This document shows positions 57,455-64,000 of a stretch of 64,000 nt of DNA, piece after piece. Source of the stretch: Candidatus Falkowbacteria bacterium (GTDB lineage Bacteria; Patescibacteriota; Patescibacteriia; XYB2-FULL-38-15); assembly GCA_016214745.1 (NCBI GenBank), contig JACRNW010000016.1, positions 591 through 64,590 on the forward strand. Direction: 5' to 3'. Both the position numbers and the translations under genes were made by a program. Under the pieces are notes generated by a model. That model was not told the DNA's origin, made no database searches, and saw only the letters and a program-made list of their open reading frames with translations. Position 1 is the stretch's first letter. Each line of letters begins with the position of its first letter.

Positions 57455-59689
57455 ATGTACTTACAGAAATTGGAAATTCAAGGATTTAAGTCTTTCGCCA
57501 ATAAGACCGTTTTGGAATTTACTGCCAAGGGCAGAAATCAAAAAAGTGTAACTGCGATAGTTGGTCCAAATGGCAGTGGCAAATCCAATATTGCCGATGC
57601 TGTCCGCTGGGTTTTGGGCGAGCAGAGTTTAAAATTGCTCCGCGGCAAAAAGTCGGAAGACGTGATTTTTTCCGGATCGCCGAAAAAACCGCGTATGGGT
57701 TTTGCCGAGGTTTCGTTATATTTGAATAATGAAGACGGTTCCGCGCCGATTGATTTTCGCGAAGTGGTTTTGACTCGCCGAGTTTATCGAAGTGGCGAGA
57801 GCGAATATTTGATTAATAAAAGTAAGGTTCGCCTTTCGGACGTTTTATTGCTTTTGGCCCAATCAAATTTTGGCCAAAAAACCTACTCCATCATCGGCCA
57901 GGGCATGGTGGATGCGATGTTACTTGCCACGCCGCTTGAACGTAAAGAATTTTTTGATGAAGCGACTGGAGTTGAACAATACCAAATGAAGCGCGATCAG
58001 GCTTTGAATAAATTAAAAGCCGGCGAAGAAAATTTACGCCAAGCCGAAACGCTTTTTGCCGAAATTGAACCGCGGGTAAAATCTTTGACGCGCCAAATGA
58101 AGCGTTTGGCCGAACGGAGTCAGGTTGAAGCTGAACTGAAAAGTTTGCAGAAAAAATATTACAGCCATCTTTGGAAAGAGCTGACCGGCAAGATGAAAAA
58201 TGAGGAAACGCGCGTCGCGCCGCTCGCGGCAAAAAAGAAAAAACTGGAAGAAGAAATTTCCGAAGCCGAAGGAAAACTGAAGGTGATGGAAAAAGAACAG
58301 CCGACGTCGGATGTTTTCAGAAAACTTCAAACTGAATACGAAAAATTATTTGAAGAAAAGAATCGTCTGCGCGAACGGGACATGACCGTCAAAAACAAGA
58401 TTGCTCTCTTTGAACATGTTGGGCTTAGCCGGCCAATGGCCATGCCGGCCAGTGAAGTTGAAATGGCGATTGAAGATTTATTTCAAAGATATGAAAGTTT
58501 CGTCCAAAAATTAGTAAAAGCGAAAGAAGTCGGCGATTTGGCGAATTTAAAAAAAGAAGCGGAAGGCCTGCGGCGGGAATTCGCGGATTTTTTCGCTAAA
58601 TTAAAACGCGAGCCGGCGAAGCATGAAGCCGCGAAAATTGATCCGTCTTTGCCGAAAGAATTGGAAAAAATTGCCGGTGAAATTGAAAAGATAAATCGCG
58701 ACCTGACTGAAGTTCAAGTAAAAATTGAAAATTTTAATCGCGAACAAGAGATTGAACGGAGAAGTTTTTTTGAGTTGCAAAGAATTCTCCAGTTAAAACA
58801 GCACGAACTTTATCTTTTGACTTCAGAAATCAATTCCATTCAGGTGGAAAATGCTGGAGCCGTTGCGCGGCGTGAAGATTTGGAAAGAGAAATTAAACAG
58901 GAGTTGGGCGATTTGGGAAATCTCGGCGAGTCGGCCGGTTTTGAGTCGGATTGGCGCGATAAAATTTTTAAATTGAAACATCAGCTGGAATTGATCGGCG
59001 GCATTGATCCGGAAACGGAAAAGGAATATAAGGAATCGAGCGAGCGCTACGAATTTTTAAAAAGCCAGATTACCGATTTGCGCGGAGCGATAGATTCTTT
59101 AATGAAAGTGATCGGCGAATTGGACGGAATTATTAAAAAACAATTTGATACGGCTTTTGGAAAAATCAACGACGAGTTTGGAAAATATTTTAAAATTTTG
59201 TTTGGCGGCGGCAAAGCCCAGTTGACACTGAAAAAAGAAATTAAGGTAGAAGAAGAGGAAGCGGCCGAGGGAGAAGTGGCGGAAGTTGCGCCGGCAGAAG
59301 AGAAAAAAAAGAAAGGCGAGGAATTTGTCGCCGGAATTGAAGTGGAAGCTACTCCGCCGGGTAAGCGTTTAAAAAATATTGGCATGCTTAGCGGCGGCGA
59401 GCGGGCCCTCACATCCATCGCGCTTCTTTCGGCGATCATTGCCAATAATCCCGCGCCGTTTGTTGTTTTGGACGAAGTGGACGCCGCGCTTGATGAATCA
59501 AACTCCGTGCGCTTTGCCAATGTTTTTGATGAGTTGACCGGGAAGACTCAATTTATTTTAATTACCCACAATCGTGCGACTATGCAAAAGGCCAGTATTC
59601 TATACGGCGTGACTATGGAATCGGATGGCGTCTCGAGGCTCTTGAGCTTGAATCTTGAGCAGGCGGAAAAAGCGGTCAACCCCGCTTGA
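57455..59689 (+). CDS. smc: SMC-family ATPase, shortened (744 aa), no recognisable hinge
   Basis: GFKSFA, GPNGSGKSN, Q-loop IIGQG, LSGGE, VLDEVDAALD, ITH. Confidence 0.9.
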   Translation: MYLQKLEIQGFKSFANKTVLEFTAKGRNQKSVTAIVGPNGSGKSNIADAVRWVLGEQSLKLLRGKKSEDVIFSGSPKKPRMGFAEVSLYLNNEDGSAPIDFREVVLTRRVYRSGESEYLINKSKVRLSDVLLLLAQSNFGQKTYSIIGQGMVDAMLLATPLERKEFFDEATGVEQYQMKRDQALNKLKAGEENLRQAETLFAEIEPRVKSLTRQMKRLAERSQVEAELKSLQKKYYSHLWKELTGKMKNEETRVAPLAAKKKKLEEEISEAEGKLKVMEKEQPTSDVFRKLQTEYEKLFEEKNRLRERDMTVKNKIALFEHVGLSRPMAMPASEVEMAIEDLFQRYESFVQKLVKAKEVGDLANLKKEAEGLRREFADFFAKLKREPAKHEAAKIDPSLPKELEKIAGEIEKINRDLTEVQVKIENFNREQEIERRSFFELQRILQLKQHELYLLTSEINSIQVENAGAVARREDLEREIKQELGDLGNLGESAGFESDWRDKIFKLKHQLELIGGIDPETEKEYKESSERYEFLKSQITDLRGAIDSLMKVIGELDGIIKKQFDTAFGKINDEFGKYFKILFGGGKAQLTLKKEIKVEEEEAAEGEVAEVAPAEEKKKKGEEFVAGIEVEATPPGKRLKNIGMLSGGERALTSIALLSAIIANNPAPFVVLDEVDAALDESNSVRFANVFDELTGKTQFILITHNRATMQKASILYGVTMESDGVSRLLSLNLEQAEKAVNPA

Positions 59690-59854
59690 CAAACAGACAG
59701 CACTGTAGCAAAATAGCAATACGGTCAGAAGTTAGACATTTATGATCCTTGGGATTTTTAAGATTCTTAGGATCGTTAGGTAAAGTGAAGTTTAAAATTT
59801 AAAAAATCTTAATAATCTTAAAAATCGTCAGAATCTTAATAATCTTAACAACAT

Positions 59855-60226
59855 ATGTTAGTAATTCGTCTATCTCGCACGGGTAAAAGCGCGCAGCCAA
59901 GCTACCGCTTGATTGTTTCAGAAAAAAGTAAAGATCCTTGGGGAAAATATTTAGAAATCCTCGGACATTATTATCCAAAAAAAGAAGCCAAGCTGGTGGA
60001 CTTGAATGAAGAAAGATTAAAATACTGGTTGGGGAAAGGCGCAAAACTTTCCGAAACCGTAAATAATATTTTGGTTAATCAGGGAGTGGTAAATACGCCA
60101 AAAGTAAGAATGGTTAAGATTAGTAAGCGACGGGCGGCCAAAGCGGCTGAATCCAAAAAAGGAGCCGAGGCAGCTGCCAAAGCAGCAGCGCCAAAGGCCG
60201 AAACGCCGGTTGAGACAAAGGCTTAA
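59855..60226 (+). CDS. rpsP: 30S ribosomal protein S16
   Basis: MLVIRLSRTGK..QPSYRLIV, E.LG.Y.P, YWL.KGA..SETV. Confidence 0.95.
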   Translation: MLVIRLSRTGKSAQPSYRLIVSEKSKDPWGKYLEILGHYYPKKEAKLVDLNEERLKYWLGKGAKLSETVNNILVNQGVVNTPKVRMVKISKRRAAKAAESKKGAEAAAKAAAPKAETPVETKA

Positions 60227-60337
60227 GGGTTGACAAATTCTTTAAAAAATGTTATTGTATTAATATAAATAGCTCTTCTGTGCATGGTCGAACAGCAAAG
60301 CAGCTATTTTCTGAACATTTAACAAGAAAAGAAACGT

Positions 60338-60658
60338 ATGGCAGAACGAGATCAAGAGTTCGTTGAATACATCGTGAAGCAGATCGTCAATCATCCGGAA
60401 GACGTCAAGACCGAAAGAACGGTCGACGAAATGGGAGTTTTAATCACTCTCAAAATCCATCCGGAAGACATGGGTTATGTGATTGGCAAGCAGGGTCAAA
60501 CCGCTCGCTCGATCAGAACTCTGTTGAAGATTGTCGGTGCGAAGGAAAAAGCCAGAGTCAATTTGAAAATCTACGAACCGGAAGGTTCAAGGATGAATCG
60601 AAGAGGCCCGGCTCCTTCTTCCGATGTTGACGCGGATGTTGAAGACTTGAAAATCTAA
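60338..60658 (+). CDS. khpA: KH-domain RNA-binding protein KhpA (YlqC)
   Basis: IV..PEDV, DMGYVIGKQGQTARSIRTLL; located after rpsP. Confidence 0.9.
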   Translation: MAERDQEFVEYIVKQIVNHPEDVKTERTVDEMGVLITLKIHPEDMGYVIGKQGQTARSIRTLLKIVGAKEKARVNLKIYEPEGSRMNRRGPAPSSDVDADVEDLKI

Positions 60659-60750
60659 AACATCAATATATAAAAATAACACACCACAAAATGGTGTGTT
60701 ATTTTATTCTTAAACTCGACAGTCGAGCCGAGAGAGAATACAATTTGAAT

Positions 60751-61422
60751 ATGCTTCAATTTGACATCATCACAATCTTCCCCAAAAGTTTTGACTCTTA
60801 TTTTTCCGAGAGCATTATTTCGCGTGGGCAAAAAAAGAAATTGATAAAAATAGATGTTCACGATTTGCGGAAGTGGACCGAAGATAAACGAAAGACGGTT
60901 GATGACAAACCGTATGGCGGCGGGCCGGGCATGGTTTTAAAAGTTGAGCCGCTCGCAAAAGCCCTGCGGACTTTAAAGTTAAAAGTGAAAAGTGTAAAGT
61001 GTAAAGTAATTTTGTTTTCCGCCGGCGGGAAACAGTTTGATAATGCAGTGGCGGCAGAGCTGGCAGAAAAATATAATCGCTTAATTTTAATTTGCGGACA
61101 TTACGAAGGAGTGGACGAACGCGTCAAAAAAATAATTAAAGATTTAGGTTTTGAATTTTTTGAAATTTCAATCGGCCCGTATGTTTTGACCGGTGGCGAA
61201 CTGCCAGCCATGGTTTTAGCCGACGCGGTAGCCCGGCAAATTCCCGGCGTGCTCGGTAAAATCGAGTCGCTCGAAGAAAAGCGTTTAGGTGTTGGCGTGC
61301 CGGCTTACACCCGCCCGGAAATTTTTACTTTTAAAAATAAAAAATATCAAGTGCCGAAGGTTTTATTATCCGGTGATAATAAAAAAATTGAAGAGTGGAG
61401 ACTGAAACGAATAAAAAAATAA
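60751..61422 (+). CDS. trmD: tRNA (guanine-N1)-methyltransferase
   Basis: FDIITIFP, VDDKPYGGGPGMV, CGHYEGVDER, SIG.YVLTGGE, YTRP. Confidence 0.96.
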   Translation: MLQFDIITIFPKSFDSYFSESIISRGQKKKLIKIDVHDLRKWTEDKRKTVDDKPYGGGPGMVLKVEPLAKALRTLKLKVKSVKCKVILFSAGGKQFDNAVAAELAEKYNRLILICGHYEGVDERVKKIIKDLGFEFFEISIGPYVLTGGELPAMVLADAVARQIPGVLGKIESLEEKRLGVGVPAYTRPEIFTFKNKKYQVPKVLLSGDNKKIEEWRLKRIKK

Positions 61423-61436
61423 ATCTCCCAACTAAT

Positions 61437-61655
61437 TTCCCCTCCCTTGATGGGAGGGGTAAGGGGAGGGTGAAAAAAATCCCTCGGCGTTTCCGCGCCA
61501 CTCCCTTTTAAAAAGGGAGATAAATTTCACCCCTCACCCCCGCCCGCCACGCAAGCCAGCTTGCTGGCGTTGCGGGCAGGCCAACCCTCTCCCTCAAGGG
61601 GAGAGGGATTTTAATATTTTCTCCCTTTCGAAAAGGGAGAGTTAGAGAGGGATTT
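61437..61655. repeat. cluster of CCCTC(T)CCC...GGGAG(A)GGG palindromes
   Basis: At least four hairpins, same family as the DUF559 flanks at 45572-45660 and 46021-46058. Confidence 0.7.
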
Positions 61656-61659
61656 ATCC

Positions 61660-61688
61660 TTGACTTTTTATCTAAATCATGTTAATAT
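61660..61688 (+). promoter_or_regulatory. sigma70 promoter of DGR target gene
   Basis: TTGACT-17 bp-TAATAT with extended -10 TG. Confidence 0.6.
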
Positions 61689-61776
61689 AAAGCGTTGTCC
61701 TCATGTTGAGGAAACCCTGGGCCACGGGCAGTGGCAAAATGCTTTTCGGGCTTTCAGCCTGGAAGGAGATTCGGTC

Positions 61777-62655
61777 ATGGCAAAGTATCCGAACTGGACC
61801 GGAAGGATCGAGGCGCTTCTGAACGTGCTCGGCGGCGAGGAGGTCGTCGACGCGCTCATCGCCGGCACCAAGGTCGCGGAGATCAAGGATGCCGTGCGGA
61901 TGCTTTTCGACCGCCACGGTCGGTGCATCCCGCCGCAGGGCATGAAGGCCGAGGTGGTGGACGCCAATCGCGACTTCCACCTCACCCAGCCGGAAGTGAA
62001 CTTCGCCGAACGCTTGGCGCGCCTGACGCGCTTCCTCACGAACGGCGAGACGCCGATCTCGGCCGAGGAGTTCGAGCGGCGCACGGCGGAAATCGTGCGG
62101 CGGGTCAAGGGCGACAAGCTCTTGGTCAACCTCTTCTGCGGCGTGTTTCTGCCGATCGTTCTGCCGCAGATCGCGATCGGCGACTACGGCAAGACGCTCG
62201 ACCTGACGCTCCTCCCGGCCGTGGGCCGCGCCTACGAGGCCGAGTTCGCGGGCCGGAAGTTCTACAACCACCGGCAGGGAACGCTCGCGGGCGAGGTCAC
62301 GGTGGTGAAGGGCAGCCGGCACGAGGCGCTCGTCGCGGCAATCGCGGCGGGTCCGGTCGTGGCGCTGTATTTCCCGACCGCCCTGCAGGGGTTCTCCATC
62401 CCGGCGGACCTCGAGCAGATGGCGATGCTTCCCGACTTCGTTCTGCCCACCGGCGCTCTGGAACCGGCCGCGGCCATGGTCATGTACCCGGATGTGCTGG
62501 CTCGCGATGGCCAGACGCCCGGGCTGGACTGCGCGGCGCTGTCCTGGCGGGGCGGTTCGCTCTACTTCAAGGCCGACGGCGACAACCTCCTCTTCAACGG
62601 CGGGGGTCTGAGCGCCCGCGGCAACTACTCCGGCGGGCTCGTCGTCCTCGGGTAG
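61777..62655 (+). CDS. DGR target (variable) protein, 292 aa, VR at extreme C-terminus
   Basis: SD GAAGGAG, ATG 61777; last 36 codons match the TR except at TR adenines. Confidence 0.9.
   Translation: MAKYPNWTGRIEALLNVLGGEEVVDALIAGTKVAEIKDAVRMLFDRHGRCIPPQGMKAEVVDANRDFHLTQPEVNFAERLARLTRFLTNGETPISAEEFERRTAEIVRRVKGDKLLVNLFCGVFLPIVLPQIAIGDYGKTLDLTLLPAVGRAYEAEFAGRKFYNHRQGTLAGEVTVVKGSRHEALVAAIAAGPVVALYFPTALQGFSIPADLEQMAMLPDFVLPTGALEPAAAMVMYPDVLARDGQTPGLDCAALSWRGGSLYFKADGDNLLFNGGGLSARGNYSGGLVVLG
62545..62652 (+). repeat. DGR variable repeat (VR)
   Basis: 108-bp copy of TR with 16 substitutions, all opposite TR adenines. Confidence 0.95.
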
Positions 62656-62733
62656 TGTCTGCCACTCGGATTTCGGTTCCTTGTTCCTTGGATCAAGTCC
62701 CTTGAGGATTTGGTTCTCGGACGCTTGACTTCG

Positions 62734-62772
62734 ACGGGGAACACGACTAAACATCGTGCGCCCCGTTTTTTT
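62734..62772 (+). terminator. intrinsic terminator after DGR target
   Basis: CGGGG..CACGA-loop-TCGTG..CCCCG followed by T-tract. Confidence 0.65.
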
Positions 62773-63047
62773 ATTTTCAAAAACGTGATAAAGTATAAAT
62801 TGAAAATAGGCTAATGCACTGCAGTTCATGGATTGCAGTCGCCGAAATCCTGCGTTTTTCACAATGTATCAGAGTCCGGCAGTTTACGGATTGTCGGAGC
62901 GCATACAGAAGACGCGGTAAACGATGTAGACACTGCTTACTTTTCCCTGGTGTCCAAATTGGGACCAAATAAAATTCAGGAGACGTAAATCTCGAAAAAT
63001 ATCGGGACTATTTCTCCGGTGCATCCAGATGGGGGAAAATAAATAAA

Positions 63048-63155
63048 TGGCAGGGCAATTCGCTCTACTTCAAGGCCAACGACGACAACCTCAACTTCAA
63101 CAACAGGAATCTGAACGCCAACGACAACTACTCCGGCGGGCTCGTCGTCCTCGGG
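63048..63155 (+). repeat. DGR template repeat (TR)
   Basis: AAC-rich copy of VR (29 adenines in 18 codons), followed by AGTGTCT as in the VR. Confidence 0.95.
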
Positions 63156-63175
63156 AGTGTCTTCTCCAAAAAAAT

Positions 63176-63203
63176 AAGAGAGTTCCCTTGGGGGAACTCT
63201 CTT
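63176..63203. terminator. hairpin between TR and avd 3' end
   Basis: AAGAGAGTTCCC-TTGG-GGGAACTCTCTT; T-tract follows on minus strand. Confidence 0.65.
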
Positions 63204-63209
63204 GCAATA

Positions 63210-63551
63210 TTAGAGCGTCTTAATCCAACCGCCGAACATCCGGCCAATTTCTTGGATAGTGGTCTGGAGCGTAAGATATTTTTTCTGATCAAGAATTTTT
63301 AATTCTCGCAGGACGCGGATAAAAATTTTTAGCGTTTCAAATTTGTTATTGGCTGCCAAAAGTATCGGCCGTTTCGCTTCTTTCGGAAGATAACTTGTTT
63401 CAAGAAGCAATTCCAGCACGGCAATTATATATTCTTCGCATTTCGCGCCCAAAGCGTATTTATCTTTTTTGGGAAATAATTCAAGAAAATTATAGTATGT
63501 TTTATAAAGTTCAATCGTTTTTTTCAAAATCGGCACCTCTGCCCGTTCCAA
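63210..63551 (-). CDS. avd: DGR accessory variability determinant (Avd-like four-helix bundle)
   Basis: FPK..KYALG, L...K.....KY......I.EIGRMFGGW; located between TR and RT. Confidence 0.85.
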   Translation of the reverse strand: MERAEVPILKKTIELYKTYYNFLELFPKKDKYALGAKCEEYIIAVLELLLETSYLPKEAKRPILLAANNKFETLKIFIRVLRELKILDQKKYLTLQTTIQEIGRMFGGWIKTL

Positions 63552-63595
63552 ACGTGAGGCGCTGGGGGGGGGGTATTGAAGGAATTATTTTGCAT

Positions 63596-64000
63596 ATGTT
63601 TGTAATATTAGAAAATTTATTTTTTGCTTGGGACGAATTTAAGAAAGAAAAACAGAAGAAAGTAGACGTGATGGAATTTGAACGGCATCTTGAGGACAAT
63701 CTTTTCCGGCTGTACGAAGATCTTAACAGAAAGATTTATTTTCATCAACCTTACGAAACATTTTATATTTATGATCCAAAGTTTCGAGTGATTAACAAGG
63801 CGGCGGTGCGCGATCGTGTTGTACATCATTTTGTTTTTAAATATCTTGAGAAAATTTATCAGCCGCTTTTTATTCATCAGTCTTATGCATGTCAAAAGGG
63901 TAAGGGCACGCATCTTGCCGTCCGAGATTTAAGTCGGGCGTTGAGAGCGGTTACGGGAAATTATACAAAGCCGGTTTGGGCGCTCAAAATGGATATTAAA
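63596..64000 (+). CDS. DGR reverse transcriptase, N-terminal part (runs off window)
   Basis: Manual translation MFVILENLFFAWDEF...FERHLEDNL...YDPKFRVINKAAVRDRVVHH...SYACQKGKGTHLAV...WALKMDIK; frame also open from GTG 63554. Confidence 0.9.
   Translation, partial: MFVILENLFFAWDEFKKEKQKKVDVMEFERHLEDNLFRLYEDLNRKIYFHQPYETFYIYDPKFRVINKAAVRDRVVHHFVFKYLEKIYQPLFIHQSYACQKGKGTHLAVRDLSRALRAVTGNYTKPVWALKMDIK

Larger units (their letters stand above)
61777..64000 (+). mobile_element. diversity-generating retroelement (target-VR, TR, avd, RT)
   Basis: All four canonical components present and adenine-specific TR/VR divergence. Confidence 0.95.

Noticed and set aside
60658-60751. rimM absent between khpA and trmD
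   Set aside because: Gene loss or relocation is common in reduced genomes and cannot be judged from one window
61672-62862. 396-aa minus-strand and 324-aa alternate-frame ORFs over the DGR target
   Set aside because: High-GC shadow frames; only the 61777 frame has an SD and places TR adenines at codon positions 1-2
63596-64000. RT as group II intron or retron
   Set aside because: The adjacent Avd and the adenine-specific TR/VR pair identify it as a DGR RT

Overview
64-kb segment of a bacterial chromosome, most likely Patescibacteria/CPR (Parcubacteria-like). This is inferred from the compact RpoB, a tandem array of VirB2/TrbC-like 'pilins' next to a solute-binding protein, a shortened SMC, genes without Shine-Dalgarno (SD) sites, and a CPR-type DGR. 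The window spans the probable replication origin (dnaN-oriC-dnaA). It also holds many housekeeping genes (ruvB, typA, galU, rpoBC, yebC, ruvC, PBP1A, rnpA, rpmH, tig, clpP, rbfA, smc, rpsP, khpA, trmD), tRNA-Ser(CGA) and an alpha-glucan cluster. Main highlights: (1) A diversity-generating retroelement at the right end, with target gene and VR (62545-62652), TR (63048-63155; 16 of 16 mismatches at TR adenines), an inverted avd and an RT running off the window. A G10/C10 tract appears to frameshift avd. (2) A free-standing ~219-nt non-coding RNA (32419-32637, minus strand) with its own promoter and terminator. It contains a near-canonical copy of the 23S rRNA L1 stalk (H76-H78) plus a tRNA-like T-arm domain. 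(3) Five GC-rich, SD-led cassettes, each bounded by a promoter and terminator, embedded in an AT-richer backbone. (4) A DUF559 nuclease flanked by palindromes and a direct repeat of the upstream gene end. (5) An apparently hinge-less SMC. (6) Several families of heptamer-periodic or inverted-repeat elements. All protein calls come from motif recognition by eye; no database searches were run.
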